Of a stretch of 64,000 nucleotides of DNA, positions 1-11,472 are shown piece after piece (position 1 is the stretch's first letter; the number at the start of each line of letters is the position of its first letter). The stretch spans positions 7,874,001 through 7,938,000 of the forward strand of contig CM059453.1 in assembly GCA_030390025.1 (NCBI GenBank), given 5' to 3'. The notes beneath the pieces were generated by a model, which ran no database searches, was not told where the DNA came from, and was given only the letters and a program-made list of their open reading frames with translations. Position numbers and translations under genes: made by a program. Origin of the DNA: Squalus acanthias. Its lineage: Eukaryota.

Positions 1-257
1 TAGAGGGGATTTGAGGGAAAACTTTTCCACTCAGAGGGTGGTTGGAATCTGGAACTCACTGCCTGAAAGGGTGGTAGAGGCAGGAACCCTCACAACATTC
101 AAGAAGCATTTAGACGAGCACTTGAAACGCCATTGCATACAAGGCTACGGACCAAGTGCTGGAAAATGGGATTAGAATAGACAGGGCTTGATGGCCGGCG
201 CGGACCCGATGGGGCAAAGGGCCTCTTTCTGTGCTGCATAACTCTATGACTCTATGA
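1..257 (+). mobile_element. CR1 LINE 3' end
   Basis: TQRVVGIWNSLP-type coding end and (ctatga)n tail. Confidence 0.85.
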
Positions 258-648
258 GTATGACTCTATATAGGACAGCAATCATAAGACAATTAGTTCA
301 AATTTACACAGGGGACAAAACCATTGCTGAAATTCAGTGTCAGTCTGTGGAAGGAGAAATCATTTCAAATGATGCCCTCTCTGTGTTCAGTGAACATTGC
401 CCATTAAATGAATAAAATACAATAAGGATTTGTAGGGAGATTAGATTTGGGGTCATTTCCAAGTCGTCCATCTTCAGATTGCCGGGTCAGAGTCCTGTCT
501 GTTTAGGAATAGATAGAAATACTGAACTCTTACTTTTAAGTAGAGAATTTCTAGAAAACTTGCCTGCACAAGCTGACAAAAGTTATCCTAAAACCATGAT
601 GTAATCTTAGAGCAATAATAAACAGCAAAGTCTTTTTGAATATTTTAG

Positions 649-733
649 GAACATTTCCCTGGGAAATTGTCATCCCAATATTAGCAGCCGCCGGAGTTAT
701 CCTGCTGATCCTGATCGTGGTGATGGTGCACAG
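649..733 (+). CDS. Siglec-like gene A, transmembrane exon (GTFPWEIVIPILAAAGVILLILIVVMVHR)
   Basis: ttttag| acceptor and |gtatgt donor; phase 1 to 2; uncharged hydrophobic helix; paralogous exon at 49949-50033. Confidence 0.88.
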
Positions 734-1499
734 GTATGTGTGGTTCATAATTACTTAAACTATTGTGTCAATCACAGATTTGATAGGGGCCATGACATCA
801 GGATATCTGCCTGTGAGAAACTATTGTTTCAAATAATTATCCCATGAGAGCATTGACCCTGAACCTCAGCTAAGATTTGTAAAGGGGAGGATTAAAGAAG
901 TCAAGTGCTTCTGTGCCGCAAGTCCGGAAGTGCGAAAGGCTCATCTGCCCCTGGTCGCTCTATGGCCAGTCTATCGCTGTTCTATCGCCGGCCTATCGCT
1001 TCTCCCAGCACCAGTAACACCAGAATAGTGGTTGTCTAGCCTTTGCCCCAGTAGCTTAAGCTTCCATGTCCAACGCTTTTGCGTTCAAGCATCAAAACAA
1101 AACATGAGCACCACATCTAGTCCGACATTGTGGTGGAGTGCGGCATTGTTGGAGATGCCGTCTTTCAAACAAACATTAAATCAGAAACACCATCTGCCTG
1201 CTCAAGCGGATGTGAAAGATCCCATGATAATATTGGTTGAAGAGCAGTGAAGTTCTCCCTGTGTCACGGCAAACATATATCCCCCAATCACTCCAGAAAA
1301 GATGTTTAACTCTTCATTTGGTTTATTGTTGTTTATGGGATATTGCTGTGCTCAAAATGGCTTCCATGTTTGTCTATAAAACTAGATTCAAGTAATAATT
1401 AATTGGCTGTGGAATGCTTTGCGAAGATCCTGAGGTAAAGGCACAATATAATTGAAAGTTTATTATCCTGGATTTGTCCTTTAACAGCCAACCAACAAC

Positions 1500-1870
1500 T
1501 TGCATTCCTATAACATCTTGTAGGAACAGGTGCAAGGGCTTCACAAGGGAGCATAACTCGGACACGAATTTAAAGAAGCTGATGTAATGAACAGTGATTA
1601 AAATATTGGTCAGAGACGTGGGGTTTAAGGTGGGGCTGAATGTTGCAGAGGGAAGTGGAGCCGCGGTGGAGACGAAGGAGATGTTTCCAGAGTGTGTGGG
1701 CTGAGTGATGGAAGGCACGGCCGCCAATGGAGGGTAATCTTAAGGGGCAAAAAGAGGCTGGAATTACAACATCGGAGATTTTGAACCGGTGCCGATTGTT
1801 GTAGGGCCAGAGGCCGTTACAGAGGCAGAGTGGGGGCCATTGATAGATTTATAAAAATATTAATCTCTTC
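1500..1870 (-). mobile_element. Degenerate L2-type LINE 3' fragment
   Basis: Resembles a common shark L2 3' end in antisense (gttgtagggc..gaggc..ttacagag); recognised from memory only. Confidence 0.5.
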
Positions 1871-1893
1871 AATGGTAAGAAAGTAATGAAATG

Positions 1894-2343
1894 AAGACTT
1901 GATTTTATATAGCGCTTTTCACTACCTCAGCACGTCTCAAAGCGCTTTACAGCCAATGAAGTTCTTTTGAAGTGTAGTCACTGTTGTACTGTAGGAAACG
2001 CGGCAGTCAATCCATGCACAGCAAGCTCCCACAAACAGCAATGTTATAATGACCAGATAATCTGTTAATTGAGGGATAAATATTGGACAAACCACGCGTG
2101 TAGAACTCCCCTGCTCTTCCTCGAAATAGTGTCATAGGATCTTTTACGTCTGCCCCAGAAAGTATATGTAACCTCGGTCGAACGTCTCATTCGAAAGACG
2201 GCACATCCGAAAGAATAGCGCTCCCTCAGTACTGCAGTGGAGGGTCAGCCGGGGTTTTAGTGCTCAAGTCCCTGGAGCGGGAAATTGAACCCACAAACTA
2301 CTTGACTCAGAGGCGAGAGTGCTATCCACTGATCCACGGCTGA
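1894..2343 (-). mobile_element. tRNA-derived SINE (copy at ~51147-51594)
   Basis: Minus-strand head cagccgtggatcagtggatagcac...gtgggttcaa with A/B-box-like motifs; related fragments at ~1100-1460, 32770-33070 and 50330-50715. Confidence 0.7.
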
Positions 2344-2659
2344 AAACCTACCAGCGGGTAGCCGTTAGCAGGAACTCAGTATATGTTTACGTTAGTTGTT
2401 AGGGTGTAATAGAAAAACAACGGTATTTGGAGAAACGTGTTATTCTTATCTTTCACTCTTTCTTCTGAAGCTGTTTAGTTTCACTATGTTTCTTCCAAGG
2501 CTACTGTCAGAATTTCTCAATTGAAGAAAGGTAGGTTGTTGAATACCATCAAAAAAGTAACTGGAAGCAAGTGAATTTAAATAAATCGACAATTAAAAAG
2601 AAGCAGCTAATTTAAATATATTTTAAATAATCAAAGAAGATGTTTGTGTTTGGAAAGCC

Positions 2660-3400
2660 AGAATAGGGAATTGTTGAGGTTCAGTGGGACCTGGTGTCCT
2701 TGTACATGGATCAATTAAAGTTAACATGCAGGTACAGCAAGCAAATGGTATGTTGGCCGTTATTACAAGAGGATTTGAGTATAAGCGTAAAGACTTCTTA
2801 CTGCAATTATATCGGGCCCTGGTGAGACCACACCTGGAGTATTGTGTACAGTTTTGTTCTTACCTAAGGAACGATATACTTGCCATAGAGGGAGTGCAAC
2901 GAAGGTTCACCAGACTGGTTCCTGGGATGGGGGGATTGTCCTGTGAGGAGAGATTAAGTAGACTTGGTCTATATTCTCTAGAGTTCAGAAGAATGAGAGT
3001 TGATCACTTTGAAACATAGAAAATTCTTACAGGGCTTGACAGGGTAGATGCAGAGAGGTTGTTTGCCCTCGCTGGGGAGTCTAGAAACAGGGGTCACAGT
3101 CTCAGAATAAGAGGTCGGCCATTTAGGACTGAGATGAGGAGAAATTTCTTCACTCAGAGGGTGATGAATCTTTGGAATTCTCTACCCCAGAGGGCTCTGG
3201 ATGCTCAGTCGTTGAATATATTTAAGACAGACATCGATAGATTTTTTGGATATTAAGAGAATCAAGAGATTTGGGGATAGTGCAGGAAAGTGGAGATGAG
3301 GTAGAAGATAAGCCATGATCTTATTGAATGGCGGAGCAGGCTCGAGGGGCCGAATGGCCGACTCCTGCTCCTATTTCTTATGTTCTTATGTTCTTATGTT
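2660..3400 (+). mobile_element. CR1 LINE 3' fragment
   Basis: LVRPHLEYCVQF...WNSLP; (tatgttct)n tail. Confidence 0.9.
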
Positions 3401-4191
3401 TTCTTTCCTCAGGCCCATGCCTGATAACAACCTCAGACTGGGCAGCAAGTGTATCTCAATGAAGTCCAACAGTCCTGTTTGAGTGAAGCTGGCTTTTTAA
3501 CTGCAATTTCCCATAACAGAATCAGAAAAAACAATAACAAGCTAAATTTGAAGACAAATTGATTCGTTTTAGTCACAGGAATAAGAAAACAGAATCCAGG
3601 TTTTCAAACTGATTCAAAAAGGAAATTCATTTCTCTCGCAGTTGATAACTCCAATGGACTGGAATTAGACTATGTAATATGAGGAATTAATGTGTTACCG
3701 CACTTCTGTCTGTAATTATAAAATGTTGGTCGCATTTTGCAATAAACCCTTCCGTCTGCTCTTTAGACAGTTTGTCAAGACAATGTGTGCAAATCGTGTC
3801 TATTGAACAATGCGTGAAATACTTGTCTGCTACTTGATAGGGTGTTAAGACAATGTGTGAAACTCATGCATCCGTTCAAGCACAGTCTTAACAAACAGCA
3901 AAACTCCCCCGTCTGATACTTACTCGGTGTGCACGCACTTTACAAAACAAATATATTTGCTCTTTAACCAGTATTAACTTAATGTGCGTAATTCCTGTCT
4001 ACAATGCTGAAGGAACACTGTGCAGGCTGATCATTCCTCCCAGTGCGGACTGCACCATATCATTAACCAGCTTCATTGGATAGGGAGAAATCTTCATTTA
4101 TACATTTGGAAGTGTAAGGATAGAAAAGTAACGGTAATCAAATCCTGTCTATGCTAATCAGGAAATGTCAGACACTCAAGTCACTGATGAT

Positions 4192-5890
4192 TAAGAACAT
4201 ACGAACATAAGAAATAGGAGCAGGAACAGACCAATCGGCCCCTCGAGCCTGCTCCACCATTCAATGAGATCATGGCTGATCTGATCCAAACTCAACTCTG
4301 AAGAACACAAGAAGTAGGAGCAGGACCAGGCCACTCGGCCCCTGGGCCCACTCCGCCACCCACAGGGCCTTGACCGATCCGAACTCATACTCATGTCCAA
4401 TTTCCAGCCCGCTCCCCGTAACCCCTGATTCCCTTTACTTCTAGGAAACGGTCTATTTCTGTTTTAAATTTATTTAATGAAGTAGCTTCCACAGCTTCCT
4501 GGGGTAGCAAATTCCACAGACCTACTACCCTCTGAGTGAAAAAGTTTCTCCTCATCTCAGTTTTGAAAGAGGAGTCCCTTATTCTAAGATTATGTCCCCT
4601 AGTTCTAGTTTCACCCATCATTGGGAACATCCTCACCGCGTCCACCCGATCAAGCCCCTTCACAATCTTATATGTTTCAATAAGATCGCCTCTCATTCTT
4701 CTGAACTCCAATGAGTAGATTCCCAATCTACTCAACCTCTCCTCGTATGTCCACGCCCTCATCCCCGGAATTAACCGAGTGAATCTTCTTTGTACTGCCT
4801 TGAGAGCAAGTATGTATTTTCTTAAGTATGGACAACAAAACTGATTACATAGGATTACATAGGATATACGGCACAGAAACAAGCCATTCGGCCCAACCAG
4901 TCCATGCCGGCGTTTATGCTCCACTCGAGCCTCCTCCCGTCTTTCCTCATCTAAATCTATCAGCATGACCCTCTATTCAATTCTCCCTCACATGTTTGTC
5001 CAGACTCCCCTTAAATGCATTTATACTGTTCCATTCAACCACTCCCTGTGGTAGCGAGTTCCACGTTCTCACCACTCTCTGGGTAAATAAGTTTCTTCTG
5101 AATTCCCTATTGGATTTCTTGTTGACAATCTTAAGTTGACTCCCTCTAGTTATGCTCTTCCCCACAAGTGGAAACATTCTCTCTGTATCCACTCTATCAA
5201 AACCTTTCATAATTTTAAAGACCTCTATTAGGTCACACCTCAGCCTTCTTTTTTCAAGAAAAAAGAGACCCAGCCTGTTCATCCTTTCCTGATATGTTTA
5301 ACCTCGCATTTCTATTATCATCATTGCAGATCTCCTCTGGACCCTCTCCAGTGCCTCTATATCCTTTTTATAATATTGTGGCCAGAACTGCATGCAATAC
5401 TCCAAGTGTGGTCTAACCAAGGTTCCATACAGATTTAGCATAACTTCCCTACTTTTCAATTATATCCCTCTAGAAATAAACCCTAGTGCTTGGTTTGCAT
5501 TTGTGATGGCCTTGCTAACCTATGGCGCAACTTTCAGTGATTTGTGTATTTGTAATCCTAGATCCCTTTGTTCCTCTACCCCACATAGACTCGCACCCTC
5601 CAATTGATAAAGTGACCTCCCTATTCGTCCTACCAAAATGTAATACCTCACATTTATCTGTGTTGCACTTCATTTGCCAAATATTTGCCCATTCTGCGAG
5701 TTTATTAATGTCCTCCTCGAATTTGTTGCAGTCCTCCTCAGTATTTACTATCCCACCAATTTGGTATCATCCTCAAATTTAGAAGTTGCTTGTGATTCTA
5801 AAATCCAAATCGTTAATAAAAATTGTGAGCAGTCTTGGTCCCAGCACTGATCCTTGTTGAACACCACTACCCAATTCTGCCACTGTGAAT
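4192..5890 (-). mobile_element. Two adjacent CR1 fragments (4192-4841 is specific to copy 1)
   Basis: RT C-terminal ORFs 4391..4966 and 4977..5282; paralog at 56681 lacks the first. Confidence 0.88.
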
Positions 5891-5992
5891 GTAGTATGCA
5901 GCCGTGGTTCAAAACACGAGCACTGTAAGATTTATTGAATTTAATTTTAATCTCTTGTGAGATGTGCCTTATTTTTATTTTTTAACACTCAG

Positions 5993-6041
5993 GAGGAAGA
6001 CAAGAGGTACCACTGGTGTCCTCTTAACCAACAACGATTCG
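5993..6041 (+). CDS. Gene A cytoplasmic exon 1 (RRKTRGTTGVLLTNNDS)
   Basis: T-rich tract and ctcag| acceptor, |gtgagt donor; phase 2 to 0 matches the TM exon; basic stop-transfer residues. Confidence 0.8.
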
Positions 6042-6381
6042 GTGAGTTACTTTGTGCTGTAGACCCCGTTTAACACGGAGGTAAGTGAGTGCATGGCAGC
6101 TGCCCAGCATTCGATGGAGTTACCCCTGTCTGATATTGGCACTGTTTGTAACCACAGTGAGTCACATTAACCATGCAGTTCAACGGGTCAACAGGTGTTC
6201 TAGAAAATTGTTTGACTGAGTTTTTAAGGGGTGGAATGAACACCTTACACTACTAACAGAAAGTGATGTGCTGGTCATGTCCTGGTCAATGCATCGTGCA
6301 TTTTCTCTGTAGTGGATTTCTATTGAATTCAAAGTGGGTCTAAGGGTATCGATTGACCGTGTCACGACATATATTAATCAG

Positions 6382-6450
6382 TGTAATATTTACACTCACC
6401 TCACCCATGGCAGTACATCCGGTGCTTTAAATTATCAACCAGATCACATA
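6382..6450 (+). CDS. Gene A putative cytoplasmic exon 2 (CNIYTHLTHGSTSGALNYQPDHI)
   Basis: cag|...|gtaaga, 69 nt, phase 0-0, YxxL motif; frame and boundaries are kept in the paralog 58219-58287; acceptor could alternatively lie at 6313. Confidence 0.55.
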
Positions 6451-6674
6451 GTAAGAGGGGATTGTGAGGGTGAAATAGAATGGTATTTCTCTGGGATTAT
6501 CTACATTGTCCTAACTGGTTTTTATGGCGCTATTTTACCGCGGGGTGGCAACAATCCGTGCGCGGGTCCTGGGTGAGCAATAGGCTCGCATGGGACAGGT
6601 TTTAAATCCGGGGTCTTAATTTAATGTCCAGCCCCGACTCCCACCCGAACCCGACTGCAATCATTGGCTATAAT

Positions 6675-7180
6675 AAAAGCTGAAAATGCAGGAAATACTC
6701 AGCAAGTCGGGCAGCATCTGTGGAGAGAGAAACAGATGTAAAGTTTCAGGTCGATGACCTTTCATCAGAACTGGAAAAAAGTTGAAGATGGAACCGGTTT
6801 TAAGCAAGTGCAGGGGCAGAGAAAGGGGGGAGGGGAGGAAACGATAACAGTGAGGGTCTGTGATAGGGTGGAAGGCAGGAGAGATTAAATGACAAAAGAG
6901 ATGATGGTGCAAGACAAAAGGAGATAGTAATAGGACAAGTGAAGGAACATAAGTTGGGCCGAGAGGAGGTGTAAATGGCAGCAGCAGAACCATCACCAAA
7001 AACTGCTGTCCGAAACAATGGTGGCAGTGGTGATGATCTGAAATTGTTAAACTCGGTGTTGAGTCCAGAAGGCTGTAAAGTGCCTATTCGAAAGATGAGG
7101 TGCTGTTCCTCGAGTTTCCATTGAGTTTCATTGGAACAGTGTAGGAGGCTGAGGACAGAGAGGTCAGGGTGGGAGTGGAG
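6675..7180 (-). mobile_element. Penelope-like element fragment with hammerhead core (copy ~58520-59025)
   Basis: Minus strand CTGATGA-A-AGGTC-ATC-GACCT-GAAA. Confidence 0.65.
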
Positions 7181-7433
7181 CGGGGAATTATACTCAGGCT
7201 CTCCCCCGCAACTGCCCCCAGCTGTCGGGTAATGTTGAGTTGTGGAGTATACTATCGGCGCGGCGGTACTCAGGGCCAGGGGAAGCCCAAGGTTTCCTTT
7301 TATGGACAGAAGGAGCTCAATAGGACAATTAGAACGGTGGCAGAGATTTAATAAAGCGGGTTATTCTGGTACAGGAAGCGCACTGTCACCCGGTTCAGTA
7401 TCTCCACATCTAATGCACTACTTTCTGTTATAG

Positions 7434-7601
7434 AGACAAGACATGTATGGAGACACTGATGTGAAAGGGGCTACATCAAACCGGTCAGCACAAAGTGAAG
7501 AGGCCCTGTATGCAGCTGTCAATTTTTCAAAATTTCACAAGCAAGAGCAATATCTCCAGAACGAGGAGACAAGTGAATACGCCGCAATTAAATTTAAATG
7601 A
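7434..7601 (+). CDS. Gene A terminal exon with ITIM-like ALYAAV and distal SEYAAI (RQDMYGD...EETSEYAAIKFK*)
   Basis: ctgttatag| acceptor, phase 0, 55 codons + TGA; two Tyr motifs spaced as in CD33/Siglec-type tails. Confidence 0.88.
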   Translation, partial: RQDMYGDTDVKGATSNRSAQSEEALYAAVNFSKFHKQEQYLQNEETSEYAAIKFK

Positions 7602-7852
7602 AATCTACTATTCTGACAGATGGAATCTATCAATATCAACACGACTGTTGTTATGACTTAGAATAGGAATTTCACATTCCAGGAAGTAGTGTGAATGGAC
7701 ATCTATAAGAGATTAATTGCTATGATTTCAATTCTCTTTGTGAGAAGATTTGCTTTCCAATCCCAAACGAGTTTCTGTTGCAAGCCTCTGTCTGAAATTG
7801 AGCGATAAGCACGCTTTAACTAAATGTAACTTTAAACTATTTTACCTGCTTT

Positions 7853-7858
7853 AATAAA
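7853..7858 (+). promoter_or_regulatory. Polyadenylation signal of gene A
   Basis: AATAAA about 250 nt after the stop; conserved at 59700-59705. Confidence 0.55.
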
Positions 7859-8535
7859 ACAACCTCTCAGCAATTATCCTGTCAATCCCCTTCGGAATCC
7901 TTTGTTTCAATGAGTTCACCTCTCATTCTTCTAAACTCCAGAGTGTCCAGTCCCATTCGACACAATCTCTCCTCATAAGACAGCCCTCTCATCCCAGGAA
8001 TCAATCTAGTAAACCTTCGTTGCACCACCTCCAAGGCAAGTATATCCTTCCTTAGATAAGGAGACCAAAACTGTTCACAGTACTCCAGTTGTGGTCTCAG
8101 CAAGGCCCTGTACAATTGTAGCAAGACTTCCTTACTCTTACACACCAACCCCTTGCAATAAAGGCCAACATGCCATTTGCCTTCCTTATTGCTTGCTGTA
8201 CCTGCATGGTATATTTCTGTGTTTCTTGAACGAGGACACCCAAATCTCTCTGAACACCAGTATTTAAAAGGTTTGCAGCATTTAAAAAATATTCTGTTTT
8301 TCTATTCTTCCTACTAAAGTGAATAACCTCACATGTCACTGCATTATACTCCATCTGCCACCTTACTGCCCAATCACTTAGACTATCTATATCCCTTTGC
8401 CGACTCTTTGATTTCTCCTCACAGCTAAATGCCCCACCTAGCTTTTTATCGTCAGCAAACTTGGATACATTACACTCATTCCCTTCATGTAGGTCGTTAA
8501 TATAGATTGTAAATAGTTGAGGCCCCAACACTGAT
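7857..8535 (-). mobile_element. CR1 RT fragment (copy ~59705-60385)
   Basis: LGPQLFTIYIND, KFADD. Confidence 0.9.
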
Positions 8536-9289
8536 CTGGATTGAGCAAACTTTACGAGGCTCCTTTGATTAAGTCACTTTGATCAGTACTGGAAGACAGC
8601 AGTTGACCCTTAACCTCAGCTGTATGCCAACAATTGCACAAGCCTCTTATCTCCTGCAGGCAGATCTCATCTGAACTGATTCTGTTTCTCAATCTAATGA
8701 TTAAGGTCGACGTGGCTTACTTGAGATTCCGATTGAGTCCAGAAGTGGTTCAAACTGATCAAATTAAAGGGACTTGTTCATGTAGATAAAACATGGCAAT
8801 ATTGATTCATATAGCATTGACACTCGAATATAAAAGCTGAAGCCACACTTCCCAGATCCAGCATTGAAATGAGAAAACAGTCATGAAAGGGCCACTGTGG
8901 CAACTGGGATATGAATGAGTTAATTTCACCAAATGTCATATCGCTGAAGTGTGAATATAAACAGTTGAGGTCACTTCGAAAAAAGGAAGTTTACCGTGTG
9001 AAACTTTCAAACTATTGTGACCCTTTGACATTTTAGCCTGCTGAAGGTGATAAACCCACATGTCTGCAGAGAGCGGCTACAGAACAAACCACTGCATCTC
9101 GTTCACAGCACATTGGCAGCCAAGTACCTAAACATATGAGAGATATGAGGCTAAAGTGTGCGCACGAGGCTATTTTAGATATTCGAATCATAAATGTTGG
9201 TTCCTGTCCTGTAACTGTGTAGCTGATGAGGGGGGAGGAGGGGTAATTATCTGTTCGGGCGTCTTTGGCATTATGTTGATATCATCATA

Positions 9290-10655
9290 GCAAACGTAAT
9301 AACGATATTTAAGAAGGGAGATAGAACATTTCAAGGGAATTATAGACCAGTCAGCTTAACATCGGTGGGAGAAAAATTATTGGAATCCCTACTTAAGGAG
9401 AAAATGGAAGAACATCTGGAAACCAAAAATATAATAATGAATGGTCAGCATGGATTTCAACAGGGAAAGTCTTGCTTGACCAACTTTATTGAATTTTTTG
9501 AAGAGATAACTGCGAGAGTAGACAATTGCAATGCAGTAGATCTAATTTATCTGGATTTTCAAAAGGCCTTTGATAAGGTACGCCATAATAGACAGATGAA
9601 CAAGGTCAGCGAATCTGGAGTCAGGGGACAAGTAGCAGATGGGATTGCTAGCTGGATTAAGAACAAACAGCAGAGAGTAGGAGTAAAGGGCGGCAGCTAT
9701 TCACAGTGGCAGCAGGCGGGTAGTGGTGTTCCACAAGGATCAGTGCTGCGACCACTGCTGTTCAAAATTTGCATTAACGATTTAGACTTTGGAATCAAAA
9801 ACAATTAAAAATGACACCAAATTGGGGGCGATAGTCAATACTGAGGAGGACTGCAAAAAATTACAGGAGGGCATTAATAAACTTATAGAATGGGCAAATA
9901 ATTGGCAAATGAAGTTCAAAACAGATAAATGTGAGGTATTACATTTTGTTACGAAGAATAGGGAGGTCACTTGTTACTTGGATGGTGTGAGTCTAGGAGG
10001 GGTAGAGGAACAAAGGGATCTCGGAGTACAAATACACAAATCACTAAAAGTTGCGCCACAGGTTAGCAAGGCCATAAAAAGCAAATCAAGCACAACGCTT
10101 TAAGGATTGTTTCTAGAGGGAGAGAATTGAAAAGTAGGGAAGTTATGCTAAACCTGTAGGGGCAGAGAAGATTTACAAGGATGATACCAGAAATGCAAGG
10201 GTATACCTATCAGGACAGGATGAACAGGCTGGGTCTCTTTTCTCTTGAAAAAAGAAGACTGAGGGGTGACCTAATAGAGGACTTTACAATTATGGAAGAT
10301 TTTGATGAAGTGGATACAGAGAGAATGTTTCCACTTGTGGGGAAGAGCATATCTAGAGGCCATCAATGTAAGATGGTCACCAAGAAATCCAATAGGGAAT
10401 TCAGAAGAAACTTATTTACCAAAAGCGTGGTGAGAATGTGGAATTCGCTACTACAGGGAGTGGTTGAAGCGAATAGTATGGATGCATTTAAGGGGAGGCT
10501 AGACAAGCATATGAGGGAGAAGGGAACAGAGGGTTTTGCTGACAGATTTAGGTGAGTAAAGATGGGAGGAGTCTGGAATGGAACATAAACGCCGGCAGGG
10601 TCTGGTTGGGCCGAATGGCCTGTTTCTGTGCCGTATATCCTAAGTGATTCTATGT
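9290..10655 (+). mobile_element. CR1 RT fragment (copy ~61135-62507)
   Basis: QHGF, YLDFQKAFD, SGVPQGSVL. Confidence 0.9.
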
Positions 10656-10902
10656 AATCATCAGTAAATCTGAACATGTTCGCAGACATATTCGAACTGT
10701 CCGAGAGTGACAACAGTTATGTTCACTAACAGTGAAGGAGTTTCACAACCTATGTGAGGTAACACGGTTGCCAATGATTGGTGGATTTCCAACAGTTGAT
10801 ATCCCGATGCTCTTATACAATAGATGACCGGCGAGCTGAATCCAGCACCGTGATTAGTCTTAGACTGAGAAGGCTGTTATACATCGTGAACTCTCTGCAG
10901 TG

Positions 10903-10939
10903 ATGAAGTTTATTTCACTCCTCCTGATATTTTTCGAAT
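10903..10939 (+). pseudogene. Orphan signal-peptide exon (MKFISLLLIFFE)
   Basis: ATG...|gt, phase 1; exon and flanks are homologous to the leader exons at 23363 and 39667; no V exon seen until 24545. Confidence 0.6.
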
Positions 10940-11472
10940 GTATAATTAGTACTCATGGAGGCAATTTCCATCGTGTGGGAAAATAACCAAATAACTAGTA
11001 ATCGATCCAGGATTGTACCCATACTGATTGGTTTGGCAGGACCTGTTGTTTAAATCACTTTCAGCTGTGTATTTTCTCGACAAAAACTCCAGGTCCATTT
11101 CACACGTACCAGACATCAGACCGAAATTTGCAAAAATAAACACTGCAACACATAGGGGGGGGATTTGTGTTAAGTTGTGCAAAATTAGAGAGCTTGAGTG
11201 TGCAATTCAAAAATTAAATCAAAAGGGAAAACAAGCTGTTTACCACAGCGTCAAACGGTTTACTATCAAACAGCTCCTATCTATGACGTCACAGATGCAT
11301 GTTGGAGCCCTCATTAACGAAGGTGACGAAACCACACGTCTACAGACTGCAGCAAGCTAACCAACTGAAGTTAACAACTCTACAACATTCAGCTCGTATT
11401 AGCTGCCAGAAAGCGGAATATGTGTGAAATGTGAGTCAGAGGCGTCTGCAAGCGTGCGCGTTGCCATTCTGA

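Noticed and set aside
955-1000. Short ~12-bp tandem (ctatcgc..) repeat, also at ~50195-50240
   Set aside because: Ordinary degenerate microrepeat
1805-1874. Possible phase 2-0 exon (RARGRYRGRVGAIDRFIKILISSM), AG/GT kept in the paralog 51058-51127
   Set aside because: Lies in an L2-like remnant with a poor pyrimidine tract; 5993-6041 fits directly after the TM; conservation is explained by recent duplication
2500-2530. 31-nt aag|...|gtaggt micro-exon candidate
   Set aside because: Stop in the TM-compatible frame, and it shifts the frame of downstream exons
3413-3482. Acceptor after a CR1 tail giving a short alternative terminal exon (RPMPDNNL...)
   Set aside because: Pyrimidine tract is supplied by the LINE tail; no independent support
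6063-6080. ag|accccgtttaacacggag|gtaagt micro-exon
   Set aside because: Only 21 nt from the previous donor; extending the upstream exon hits TAG in both copies
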